From positions 95,162-159,161 of the forward strand of contig DASUKB010000002.1 of the NCBI GenBank assembly GCA_036278915.1: a stretch of 64,000 nucleotides of DNA. The letters are read 5' to 3'. Below are positions 36,577 to 45,768 of this stretch, piece after piece (the first letter of the stretch is position 1; each line of letters starts with the position of its first letter). Both the position numbers and the translations under genes were made by a program. Below the pieces are notes generated by a model. The model was not told where the DNA came from and searched no databases. It was given only the letters and a program-made list of their open reading frames with translations. This DNA comes from Patescibacteria group bacterium. GTDB taxonomy: Bacteria > Patescibacteriota > Doudnabacteria > UBA920 > O2-02-FULL-48-8.

Positions 36577-37191
36577 ATGAATTCACTTACCCCTCGCCAA
36601 AAACAATTATTAGACTTACTCACCGATGAAATTCGCACGAAAGGCTTACCGCCGTCGATTTCGGAGATCGCCCAAAACCTCCGCCTTAAATCTAAAAACG
36701 CAGTGGCAAAGCTGCTCCGGGTTCTGGAAGATAAAGGATTTATCCGCCGTTCTGGCAAGGCCCGCGGGATTGAAGTCTTAAATCCCGAAGGAGAACCAAT
36801 CGGCCTGGGCACAATCAGCCTGCCGCTTATCGGTCGCATTACTGCCGGACTCCCAATGTTGGCCGAAGAGCAGATCGAAGATTGGCTCAACCTGCCAGCA
36901 AGCCTGGTCCGCGGACGCAAGGATGTATTTCTGCTTAAAGTCCAGGGACACAGTATGAAGGACGCAGGCATTCTTGACCGCGATTTGGTTATTGTAAAAC
37001 AGCAGAAAATTGCCGAGATAAATGATATAGTTGTGGCGCTGCTCGAGGACGAAGCCACAGTTAAACGCTTGGTCAAAAAAGACAGTCGGTTCTATTTAAA
37101 AGCAGAGAATAAAGAGTACCCAAACATCTACCCTGAGCATGAATGGTCGATCCAGGGAAAAGTAATCGGCGTGATCCGCCGGATGGAATAA
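36577..37191 (+). CDS. lexA: LexA repressor
   Basis: N-terminal winged HTH, Ala-Gly cleavage region, S24 peptidase Ser (GHSMKDAG) and Lys dyad. Confidence 0.9.
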   Translation: MNSLTPRQKQLLDLLTDEIRTKGLPPSISEIAQNLRLKSKNAVAKLLRVLEDKGFIRRSGKARGIEVLNPEGEPIGLGTISLPLIGRITAGLPMLAEEQIEDWLNLPASLVRGRKDVFLLKVQGHSMKDAGILDRDLVIVKQQKIAEINDIVVALLEDEATVKRLVKKDSRFYLKAENKEYPNIYPEHEWSIQGKVIGVIRRME

Positions 37192-37195
37192 TCTT

Positions 37196-37378
37196 ATGTC
37201 GGAATTTGAACAACAGAAAACTGATCTCGCCAGCCAGGTTCGGGGGCTTTGCGCCCACTGCAGCAATGGCGTAGACCACAGCTGCAAAATTAAAACTCTG
37301 GCAGAGCAGATAACCAGCCTTTCCGGCGTGCCGCTTATAGTCAACAATCGTTTTAATGGATTGCTCTTTACGAATTAA
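37196..37378 (+). CDS. Small Cys-containing hypothetical protein (60 aa) immediately downstream of lexA
   Basis: ATG 5 nt after the lexA stop; CAHCSNGVDHSC motif; candidate SOS-co-transcribed small protein. Confidence 0.35.
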   Translation: MSEFEQQKTDLASQVRGLCAHCSNGVDHSCKIKTLAEQITSLSGVPLIVNNRFNGLLFTN

Positions 37379-37400
37379 AATTTATTAATCAATTACACAT

Positions 37401-37631
37401 ATGGAATTTGCACCATCACTCTTTTCAACCCGGGTTCATAATGGCGCCAGGACATTCTTCGTGGATGTTAAGTCCGCCAAAAACAACAAGCCTTACCTTA
37501 AGATTACAGAATCTTCAATTAGCAAGGAAGGCGAGAAGAAAAAAAGCTACATGACAGTGTTTGAAAATGAGATCAACGATTTCAAGCAAGCTGTGGAACA
37601 GGCTGTGGGGTTCGTCAACCAAAGCAAATAA
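37401..37631 (+). CDS. DUF3276-like (PUR-alpha-like) nucleic-acid-binding protein
   Basis: ARTFFVDVKSAKNNKPYLKITES resembles the DUF3276 signature (TYFFDVK...YLTITES). Confidence 0.5.
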   Translation: MEFAPSLFSTRVHNGARTFFVDVKSAKNNKPYLKITESSISKEGEKKKSYMTVFENEINDFKQAVEQAVGFVNQSK

Positions 37632-37634
37632 GCA

Positions 37635-37668
37635 AAAACTCCGAAGCGCAGGACTTTCGGAGTTTTTT
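37635..37668 (+). terminator. Rho-independent terminator
   Basis: AAAACTCCGAAG-loop-CTTTCGGAGTTTTTT. Confidence 0.85.
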
Positions 37669-37679
37669 AAATTAATTTT

Positions 37680-39197
37680 ATGCCAAACAAAGTATATTCT
37701 GCCTCCGTGCTCGGACTTTCGGCATCCCTGGTGGAAGTCGAAGTCGGGATCCTCTCTGGCCTCCCCGCTACAATCGTTGTGGGGTTGCCAGATGCGGCAG
37801 TGCAGGAGTCGCGCGAACGCGTGAAATTTGCCATCAAGAATTCCAACTGCATCTATCCTTATAGCCGCGTGGCTATTAACTTAGCTCCTGCAGACCTGCA
37901 CAAAAACGGCACTCATTATGATTTGCCGATTGCCTTAGCAATCCTCATTAGTTCGAACCAATTAAGCTTTGACCCCAGCGATAAATTATTTGTAGGGGAG
38001 CTGGCTTTAGATGGCGCCATCCGGCCAGTCTCAGGAGTCCTGCCAATGGTTTTGATGGCTAGGGATTTGGGCATGAAGACCGTATTTGTGCCCAAAGACA
38101 ACAGCCGCGAGGCGAGCCTTGTTTCGGGCATAGAAATTATCCCGGTGGAGAGCCTACTGCAGCTTATTGGATTTTTACAAAAACTTCTACAAGTCGAACC
38201 GCTCGCACCCACGGATTGGCGGTCGATTTTAAATAAAACGGAAGTGGCTTTAGACATGCAATTAATCCGAGGTCAGGAATCTGCCAAACGTGCGTTGGAA
38301 ATTGCCGCGGCTGGCGGACATAATATTCTACTTTCCGGACCTCCTGGTACTGGCAAAACTCTACTAGCCCGAGCGCTGCCTTCAATTCTCCCGCGGCCGA
38401 CCGTGGAAGAAGTTTTGGAGATCACAAAAATTTACAGCGTGACTGGCCTGCTGAACGTCAATAAAACTCTGGTTACCGCCCGCCCATTCCGTAGCCCTCA
38501 TCATACCACTTCCGGCGTGGCCTTAGTCGGCGGCGGCTCGGTGCCGAAACCTGGTGAAATTTCGTTATCGCACCGCGGGGTATTATTTTTGGATGAGTTT
38601 CCGGAATTTTCCAGAAGCGTGCTGGAGAATTTACGTCAGCCGCTAGAAGACGGGGTCGTAACCGTGGCCCGCGCTTCCGGCACGGTAACGTTTCCGGCGC
38701 AGTTTACTTTGATTGCCGCGCAAAACCCCTGCCCGTGTGGTTACTACTCGGACCCGACCAAAGCTTGCATCTGTACTCCCGCGCAAATTATGAAATACCA
38801 AAAAAAGATCTCGGGCCCGCTTTTGGATCGCATAGATTTGCACGTGGAGGTGGGGAGAGTGGAATATGATAAATTATCCTCCGATGCCAATGGCGAAAAT
38901 TCCCAGGAAATCCAGAAGCGCGTGCAGAGAGCGCGCGATATACAAACCAAGCGTTTCAAAAATTCCCAGGTCAAAACCAATTCGGAAATGAGCATTAAGG
39001 AGATTAAAGATTTCTGCAAACTCGATGAGACTGAACAACAATTTATGAAAGCCGCAGTTATAAAGATGTATCTTTCCGCCCGCTCATATCACAGGATTCT
39101 AAAACTTGGCCGGACAATAGCGGATTTGGCTGGCAGTCCGAAACTTCAACTCAACCATCTGGCTGAGGCGCTGCAGTACCGACCCAAAGTAGAATAA
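37680..39197 (+). CDS. comM: YifB/ComM family Mg-chelatase-like AAA+ ATPase
   Basis: N-terminal Lon-protease-like domain, GPPGTGKT Walker A, C-terminal ChlI domain; 505 aa. Confidence 0.85.
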   Translation: MPNKVYSASVLGLSASLVEVEVGILSGLPATIVVGLPDAAVQESRERVKFAIKNSNCIYPYSRVAINLAPADLHKNGTHYDLPIALAILISSNQLSFDPSDKLFVGELALDGAIRPVSGVLPMVLMARDLGMKTVFVPKDNSREASLVSGIEIIPVESLLQLIGFLQKLLQVEPLAPTDWRSILNKTEVALDMQLIRGQESAKRALEIAAAGGHNILLSGPPGTGKTLLARALPSILPRPTVEEVLEITKIYSVTGLLNVNKTLVTARPFRSPHHTTSGVALVGGGSVPKPGEISLSHRGVLFLDEFPEFSRSVLENLRQPLEDGVVTVARASGTVTFPAQFTLIAAQNPCPCGYYSDPTKACICTPAQIMKYQKKISGPLLDRIDLHVEVGRVEYDKLSSDANGENSQEIQKRVQRARDIQTKRFKNSQVKTNSEMSIKEIKDFCKLDETEQQFMKAAVIKMYLSARSYHRILKLGRTIADLAGSPKLQLNHLAEALQYRPKVE

Positions 39198-39271
39198 CAA
39201 TTCAGATAATCTGCCCAATTGCATATGTTTTGCACAGAATTTAGAATCTTGGAGTCATTAAATCAAACCTT

Positions 39272-40234
39272 ATGTCCAAGAAAGTGCGCAAAGCAATTAT
39301 ACCCGCAGCTGGTTACGGCACGAGATTTCTGCCAGCGACCAAGGCTCAGCCTAAGGAGATGCTGCCCGTGGTTGACAAACCCATCATCCAGTATGTCGTT
39401 GAAGACGCCGTTTCGGCTGGAATCGAAGATATCATTATCGTGACTGGCTGGCATAAACGAAGCATTGAAGACCATTTCGACTATCCTTTTGAACTGGAAA
39501 AACGATTGGAAGCCTCGGGCAAAGAGTCGGAATTGGAGCAGATCCGAAAAATAGCGGAAATGGCAAATTTCCATTACGTCCGACAGAAGGGTCCGCTGGG
39601 CAATGCCACGCCAATTTGGAATGCCCGCCATATTGTGGGCGACGAACCGTTTCTGGTGCTGTGGGGTGATGAATTTATAGATGCCCATCCGACCAGATCG
39701 CAACAGCTGACCGCGGCTTACGAAAAACTGGGAGGAAGCGCCGTGCTGGCTGCAATACGCAAAAATTCCCCCGAAGATTATAAACGCTACGGTTACGCCG
39801 CGGGTAAGGAACTGGAAAGCGGGGTTTTGAAAATTGAAGATATTGTGGAAAAACCCGGGGTGGGGAAGATTGATTCTCCATACGCAGTAGTCTCGGCGGC
39901 CGTTTATGATCCGGAAATGTTCAGTGCCATCGAAGAAGCTATGCGAGACTTTGAGGCTGGTAAACTTTCCCGAGAGTTGGTGTATGTGGATGCAGTGAAT
40001 ATATTGCTTAAGCGTCAGAAAGCCTGCTGGGCCGTGGAAATTCAAAACGGCAAATATTACGACTGTGGCAACAAATTGGAATATCTAAAAACCGTAGTTG
40101 AAATGGGACTGCAGCATCCAGATTTGAAAAAAGACTTTTTGCGATATTTGGTAGATATGACAGAGTTGCTCCGGACCCAGGAACAGTCTAAAGCGGAGGG
40201 CCTATTACAAAGAATAATCACAAAGCAGATCTAA
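39272..40234 (+). CDS. galU: UTP--glucose-1-phosphate uridylyltransferase
   Basis: KAIIPAAGYGTRFLPATKAQPKEMLPVVDKP N-terminal signature. Confidence 0.85.
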   Translation: MSKKVRKAIIPAAGYGTRFLPATKAQPKEMLPVVDKPIIQYVVEDAVSAGIEDIIIVTGWHKRSIEDHFDYPFELEKRLEASGKESELEQIRKIAEMANFHYVRQKGPLGNATPIWNARHIVGDEPFLVLWGDEFIDAHPTRSQQLTAAYEKLGGSAVLAAIRKNSPEDYKRYGYAAGKELESGVLKIEDIVEKPGVGKIDSPYAVVSAAVYDPEMFSAIEEAMRDFEAGKLSRELVYVDAVNILLKRQKACWAVEIQNGKYYDCGNKLEYLKTVVEMGLQHPDLKKDFLRYLVDMTELLRTQEQSKAEGLLQRIITKQI

Positions 40235-40296
40235 TTACCTTTCTATTTGACTCAACTTGAAAAAAAACCAGGATTGTTGTATAGTAATCTTGGCTT

Positions 40297-41613
40297 TTGG
40301 ACATGTTTGAAATCAAAATGAACAGAAAATACTATATAATTGGCGGCGTCATTTTATTTTTGATTATTATCATAGTTGTTTTGCTCGTGGCCACAAGTGG
40401 CAAAAAGCCGCAGGCTGCCGGGCCAATCACGCTGACTTGGTGGAAAACTTTTGAGACCTCGGACAACGTCCAGCAATTGATTGCCGATTATGAAAAAACT
40501 CACAAGAATGTCACAATAAATTACGTCAAAAAAGACGAAACCACCTATGAACAGGACTTGCTTGAGGCTTACGCCTCGGGTACGGCTCCGGATATTTTAT
40601 CCATCCACAATGATTGGCTGCCGCAGGAAGCAGACAAACTAGCACCTGATCCAACCGGCGATGTTCGCAGCTATAAAACGACATTTGTAGATGTGGCTGC
40701 GGATGATTTCATAAAAGACAATCAAATTTTTGCCGTACCTATGAACGTTGATGTCATGGCGTTGTACTACAACAAAGACATCCTCAACTCCGCTAACGTC
40801 CTGCCACCTAAAACCTGGAGTGAGTTGGTCTCTGACGTTCCGAAGATTACTCAACTCACAAAACCCGGGACTTTTACGCGATCGGGAATTGCGTTTGGGA
40901 CTGCGGCCAATGTTAACCGCGCTGTAGATATCATGTCTCTGCTTATGTTGCAAAATGGTACGCAATTTTATAACGATTCCTACTCAGGCGCTACATTTGA
41001 TCAGACTCAAACAAGTGCAGGCGGGGACAGCGTCAACCCTGGCGCCGTGGCGCTCCAATACTACACGCAGTTTGCAGACCCAGCCAAAACCGTTTACACC
41101 TGGAATGCCCGCTCCGATAACAATGTTGACTCTTTCACACAAGGCAGGGTGGGTATGATGCTATCGTATTTTTACATGGAACCGCAGATCCAATCCAAAG
41201 CGCCCACGCTCAATTGGGACGTGGCGCCCGTACCCCAGCCTTCAACTGACAGCGTGCAAATTAATTTTGCCAATTATTGGGGCGAGGCCGTGAATAAAAA
41301 TTCTCCAAATGTGCAAGCGGCCTGGGATTTCTTGAATTTTATAACCAGCCATGATGAATTGAGCGCATATTACAAGCAACACCAGTTGGTGTCTTCGCGC
41401 AAGGACATTTTACAGACTCAAATGTCGGACCCGACACTTGGGGTTTTTGCCGAAGAAGCGCTGAGCGCGAAGTCCGTATACAAAAAAGACGCGGACGGAT
41501 TTGAAACAGTGTTTTCCAAAATGATAGACGATGTCTCGCAGCGCGGACTCACGCCGGAAGAAGCGGCTACTAACGCGGCACAGCAGATAGACTTGCAATT
41601 GCAGCAGCATTAG
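40297..41613 (+). CDS. Extracellular solute-binding protein (ABC transporter SBP family 1, sugar-type) with N-terminal TM anchor
   Basis: TM helix followed by a ~400-aa periplasmic-binding-protein-like domain (LTWWKT..., ALYYNKD motifs). Confidence 0.65.
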   Translation: MDMFEIKMNRKYYIIGGVILFLIIIIVVLLVATSGKKPQAAGPITLTWWKTFETSDNVQQLIADYEKTHKNVTINYVKKDETTYEQDLLEAYASGTAPDILSIHNDWLPQEADKLAPDPTGDVRSYKTTFVDVAADDFIKDNQIFAVPMNVDVMALYYNKDILNSANVLPPKTWSELVSDVPKITQLTKPGTFTRSGIAFGTAANVNRAVDIMSLLMLQNGTQFYNDSYSGATFDQTQTSAGGDSVNPGAVALQYYTQFADPAKTVYTWNARSDNNVDSFTQGRVGMMLSYFYMEPQIQSKAPTLNWDVAPVPQPSTDSVQINFANYWGEAVNKNSPNVQAAWDFLNFITSHDELSAYYKQHQLVSSRKDILQTQMSDPTLGVFAEEALSAKSVYKKDADGFETVFSKMIDDVSQRGLTPEEAATNAAQQIDLQLQQH

Positions 41614-41646
41614 CTGTGATATAATTTAGGAAGCACATTTCACCAA

Positions 41647-42042
41647 ATGAAAGCAAAAACAAAGATTATATCGATCGTATTGCCTTGGATTTTGGCTTAC
41701 CATTCTGTACTGGCCAAGCCATTTGTGGGACCTTTGGTCCAATGCGGAACGGGAAAAAATTCGGAATGCACTTCTGCGGACTTGCTTAATCTCGTCTTCA
41801 TTGTCATAAATTTTTTGGTTGGGTCTGCGGCAATATTGGCCATGGCCTATATAGTTTACGGCGGCATCCAAATGGTTATCTCATCCGGCAATGAAGATGG
41901 TGTGAAGAAAGCCAAAAGCACAATGGTTAATGCCATAATCGGCTTAGTGATGGTTATCCTATCCTATCTTATAATCACCTCCATAACGTCCTACTTTACC
42001 GGCCAGTCATTCGACACCTTGCAGAAATCATTGTCGCTATGA
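41647..42042 (+). CDS. TrbC/VirB2-like small pilin family protein, paralog 1
   Basis: Signal peptide plus two hydrophobic helices with the shared core AILAMAYIVYGGIQMV..GNE...KKAKST.VNAIIGLV.VILSY.II. Confidence 0.5.
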   Translation: MKAKTKIISIVLPWILAYHSVLAKPFVGPLVQCGTGKNSECTSADLLNLVFIVINFLVGSAAILAMAYIVYGGIQMVISSGNEDGVKKAKSTMVNAIIGLVMVILSYLIITSITSYFTGQSFDTLQKSLSL

Positions 42043-42650
42043 ATTTTCTCTCCATCCCGAATTGGATTGTTTCCGCTAGCGCCGCGCCTTGTATGCCGAG
42101 CGGGGGGAGTTTATGCAACCCCTTGCAAGGCGGCGTCAACGTTCCAGATGTGCCAACTCTTTTGACCCATGTTTTGAATGACCTCGGGGGAGTGATCGGT
42201 CTGGTAGCTATTGCCATGGTGGTGTACGCCGGGTTTCGCATGGTGACGGCCAATGGCGAACAGCACTCAATTGATAAAGCCAAACAGATTTTGAAGTATT
42301 CGGTGTACGGGTTCGTGGCATCCGTGATGGCTTACGCCGCTGTAGTGGCGGTGGAAAATTTTATCGGCGTGCAGGACCCAAACTACGACAGCTCTCAGCC
42401 TCAAAATCCTCTCCAGCAGTTTGGCAACCTCAAAGTCTTTACCGAGCAGATGATCCAAAATATCTTACTGGTTATCGGAGCTGTATCTCTGCTCATGATT
42501 ATAATTAACGGCTTCCGGTATATGACAGCCCGTGGTAATGACGAACAGGTGAGTACGGCCAGGCGTGCTCTGACCTGGGCCATAGCCGGACTGGCGATAT
42601 CTTTATTTGCGTATACAATAGTAAGCGCTGTAGCAAAACTAATTTCATGA
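42039..42650 (+). CDS. TrbC/VirB2-like pilin family protein, paralog 2 (two tandem copies of the core domain)
   Basis: Core motif present twice (VVYAGFRMVTANGEQ... and IINGFRYMTARGNDEQ...); 4-nt overlaps with neighbours. Confidence 0.5.
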   Translation: MNFLSIPNWIVSASAAPCMPSGGSLCNPLQGGVNVPDVPTLLTHVLNDLGGVIGLVAIAMVVYAGFRMVTANGEQHSIDKAKQILKYSVYGFVASVMAYAAVVAVENFIGVQDPNYDSSQPQNPLQQFGNLKVFTEQMIQNILLVIGAVSLLMIIINGFRYMTARGNDEQVSTARRALTWAIAGLAISLFAYTIVSAVAKLIS

Positions 42651-42997
42651 AAAAAATCACAAAATTTGTTTCCTGGTTGACTTCTGGACTCATATTTATG
42701 GCTGTGACTGTGAAAAACCCCGCGCCGGGTTTATTCAGCGATCTTTTTGGCGATAGTCCGGAGATCAAAAATATTATTCCTCAGATTATCTCCATAGTTT
42801 TGGGATTTGCTGGACTCGTGGCCATAGCTTATGTCATTTTGGGGGGATTTCAGCTGGTTACTTCGCGCGGCAGTTCTGAACAAGCCGAAAAGGGGCGCAA
42901 AACGTTAACAAATGCTATAATAGGTCTAGTCATCATTATACTGTCATATGTAATTGTCAGTATTGTGACTAATGCCGCATTTGGCAATGTTGGATAA
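42647..42997 (+). CDS. TrbC/VirB2-like pilin family protein, paralog 3
   Basis: AIAYVILGGFQLVTSRGSSEQ...TNAIIGLVIIILSYVIVSIVTN. Confidence 0.5.
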   Translation: MKKITKFVSWLTSGLIFMAVTVKNPAPGLFSDLFGDSPEIKNIIPQIISIVLGFAGLVAIAYVILGGFQLVTSRGSSEQAEKGRKTLTNAIIGLVIIILSYVIVSIVTNAAFGNVG

Positions 42998-43083
42998 TTA
43001 ATTAATTTAATCAACAATTCAAAGGTCGAAGAAACAAAAGATCCGCCTACGCATAAAGCTTTGGCGGACAGGAAGGAATAAAT

Positions 43084-43470
43084 ATGAAAAAATACTCACA
43101 TAAAATAGCTCAAATTGGTTCAGTAGTTTTGGGGTTTGTGGTTGCCTTAAGTCCGATGTTGGCATTTGCCCAGTTGCATTTGCCTGATGCCGGCGGTACT
43201 GGTTTGTCCAATACCTTCGGTGGTGCGACCACGCTTTCCGGATTGATTTTGGAAGTGATTAATATTATCCTCGCTCTTGCCGGTTTGATCGCTGTGCTTA
43301 TTCTTATAATCGGCGGTTTCCGCTACGTCACAAGTTTTGGCAACGAAGAGGCTGTAGGCAAAGCCAAAAAAATGATCATCAACGCCATTATCGGCATTAT
43401 CATCATCATCTTGGCATTTGTGATCGTACGCGTGGTGACCAACGTCTTTATCAACCCAAGCAATATCTAA
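43084..43470 (+). CDS. TrbC/VirB2-like pilin family protein, paralog 4
   Basis: Signal peptide (AFA-QL); ILIIGGFRYVTSFGNEE...INAIIGIIIIILAFVIVRVVTN. Confidence 0.5.
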   Translation: MKKYSHKIAQIGSVVLGFVVALSPMLAFAQLHLPDAGGTGLSNTFGGATTLSGLILEVINIILALAGLIAVLILIIGGFRYVTSFGNEEAVGKAKKMIINAIIGIIIIILAFVIVRVVTNVFINPSNI

Positions 43471-43471
43471 G

Positions 43472-43855
43472 ATGTTCAAACTGAAAAGATTAAAATATTC
43501 ATTGCTATCACTGGCGCTTGCTTTTCCAGGAATTGCGTTCGCGGCCGCGAGTCAGATCATCAACTCCAACGACAACCCGGGCGGCATTCTGCCTACAGGT
43601 ATTTTTGGTCACCAAGCAACAATCGGCGGAACAATTCTTGGGATCATTCAAATACTTCTGGGGATAGTTGGGTTAATCTCTGTGGCTATGATTATTTACG
43701 GTGGCTTCCGTTATACAACTGCGGGTGGCAATGATGAAGTCACGAAGTCGGCCAAGAAAACTATTATCAATGCTATTATTGGTCTCGTGATTGTAATTTT
43801 GTCGTATGTCATCGTGACAATTGTCACAAATCTCGCATTCGGTACTGTCGGTTGA
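43472..43855 (+). CDS. TrbC/VirB2-like pilin family protein, paralog 5
   Basis: Signal peptide (AFAAA); MIIYGGFRYTTAGGNDE...INAIIGLVIVILSYVIVTIVTN. Confidence 0.5.
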   Translation: MFKLKRLKYSLLSLALAFPGIAFAAASQIINSNDNPGGILPTGIFGHQATIGGTILGIIQILLGIVGLISVAMIIYGGFRYTTAGGNDEVTKSAKKTIINAIIGLVIVILSYVIVTIVTNLAFGTVG

Positions 43856-43913
43856 TTTTCCCAAAAAAATGAGCCGGGAACCTGTAAACAGGTCCCGGCT
43901 TTTTGGTTGCCCA

Positions 43914-44828
43914 TCATCTGCTTGCCACTTGCAGAAATAGGGGATGTCCGTCGGTGTAGTAATCGGAGCGAATCGTAACGAAGCTTTGAAAAAGCAATCG
44001 TCCGTCCGCGGTTTTGAATTTGAGCAGGTATGAGCCTGCCTCAATTCTGTACCCGTCGTTGAACCAGTTGTTGTGCTTGGTCACGGGCCCTTCGTCCGAC
44101 TCAATGGCGGAAAGCACTTTGCCGTTGCGCGGGTCCACGGGCATGGAATACATGCTTACGTCAGTGGAGTCAGGCAAGCCCGCAGCTTGAAGCCTTGAAC
44201 GTACCAGGCGAACCGTCGTCTGGTAGTCAATCTTGACCTTGCCCATAACACAGCGTCTGTTGCCCGGGAAGTCCTGGCACGGCTCCGGCGATAGGATCTG
44301 GTAGCCGTAGTAGCCGCCGCCATAGACTCTGGCACCACGGGCGTAGCCGTAACCGTAAACCGAGTAATTCTCCTGCGCCCGTTCCATACGGTTGCAGTAG
44401 ACGTACTGGTCCGGCGTTCCGGGAAACGGCCCGCTTTGGATGCAGGCTTGGAATGGATTGTACACCCTAGGTGCGGCTGCTACGATCCGTGTAGAAGGAT
44501 GATCTGCAACTGCTGTTTCGGTTCTGGCGGGCTGCGGATTCGTGAGCCGGATGTGAATCTTGTCGCCGGAAATGCGAGCTTCGAACCCTAGCGGCGAGAG
44601 GATCCGTGCCAGCGCGGCGTCCAGGGAGAGTCCACGCACGTCGTTGGTGACAGCGAGATCTTCCATGGGTGAATCCGGCACGACGAAGTACGGGTGATTC
44701 GGATCGCTGAAGTGATGCGCGATCGCCACGACTGCTACGGAAAGCGGCGTGCGGTTGAACTGCAACGATTGAGCCTGCGCGTTTGCCGCCCACACCAGGA
44801 CCGCCATCAACACGATAAATTTTTTCAT
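43914..44828 (-). CDS. Secreted hypothetical protein with Gram-negative-type signal peptide and STN-like N-terminal domain; Gly/Tyr-rich segment
   Basis: MKKFIVLMAVLVWAANAQA signal; GC ~58%; YGYGYARGARVYGGGYYGYQ low-complexity segment. Confidence 0.4.
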   Translation of the reverse strand: MKKFIVLMAVLVWAANAQAQSLQFNRTPLSVAVVAIAHHFSDPNHPYFVVPDSPMEDLAVTNDVRGLSLDAALARILSPLGFEARISGDKIHIRLTNPQPARTETAVADHPSTRIVAAAPRVYNPFQACIQSGPFPGTPDQYVYCNRMERAQENYSVYGYGYARGARVYGGGYYGYQILSPEPCQDFPGNRRCVMGKVKIDYQTTVRLVRSRLQAAGLPDSTDVSMYSMPVDPRNGKVLSAIESDEGPVTKHNNWFNDGYRIEAGSYLLKFKTADGRLLFQSFVTIRSDYYTDGHPLFLQVASR

Positions 44829-44934
44829 AAACCCCTCCTTGGGGCGTATTGGTTACAAAGGATTTGTAACTTAGTATACTACCACAAATTTGAGTTTTTG
44901 TCAATGCTAGTAAATAAAAAATGGATACGGCCCC

Positions 44935-45768
44935 TTAGGGTCGTATCCATTGAATATGTGGTTGATCTGATTGCGTTTTGGCGCGCCCAGACTGTGTTTG
45001 TTTGTCCTCCTTGAGATTTGGCGCAGGGCTGTCGGCTGGATCCGTCAGCGCCGTGAACGTGAAATTTCCGCGGTCGTGGTGGTTGGATTGTCCTGTACCT
45101 TCCCAACCGCGACACCAGTAGGGGATGTTCACGATGACCTGAAAGTCGTGTCCCGAATACGGCACCGGATGACAGCCGCTGTGGATGACAAACGTCTTGT
45201 TGACGTCGTGGTCCACGCGTCCCAGGAAAGCCATCATTGGAAAGCGATGGTCAAACGGCTCGTACGCATCGATAGACGAAACGTCAGCGCCATCGGGGCT
45301 AATGTCTATGACCTGCCCCTCCTGCTCGTACATGACGTTTTGGACGACACCGCTGGCGCAAAGGACTTCGCCTTCAAAAAGGTCCGTGAAGGTATCCGTC
45401 CAGTAGGCAAGCCTTGCGTCCACGCTTGTGACTGGTCCCTGGTGCACCCTACGCCCTTTGGCATCGGCTTTTAGCTTTTCTAAGGCCACAACCGTTGAGC
45501 GCGATTTGTACGCGTCTGTCTTTAGCTCATCGTACAACACCGCACCCGGATCGTCTTTCTTGGCAATTTCCGCGGCGTCTTTGGACCCAATAACCTCGCC
45601 CATGTGGTTGCCGATGGCTTTTTGTACTTGCCTCCCGCGTTGATTGATTTGTCGCAACACGGGAAACTGAGGATCAGTGAAGCCAAACTCCTGCCAATCC
45701 ACGCCGTAGGTGTAAACAAGAAAGAGGATTGTACCGACCAGCCCGATCCAGCCGAGCTTGGATCTCAT
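44935..45768 (-). CDS. Hypothetical protein with N-terminal TM anchor (GC-rich island)
   Basis: ORF in a GC-rich block; 4-nt overlap with the upstream gene. Confidence 0.4.
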   Translation of the reverse strand: MRSKLGWIGLVGTILFLVYTYGVDWQEFGFTDPQFPVLRQINQRGRQVQKAIGNHMGEVIGSKDAAEIAKKDDPGAVLYDELKTDAYKSRSTVVALEKLKADAKGRRVHQGPVTSVDARLAYWTDTFTDLFEGEVLCASGVVQNVMYEQEGQVIDISPDGADVSSIDAYEPFDHRFPMMAFLGRVDHDVNKTFVIHSGCHPVPYSGHDFQVIVNIPYWCRGWEGTGQSNHHDRGNFTFTALTDPADSPAPNLKEDKQTQSGRAKTQSDQPHIQWIRP

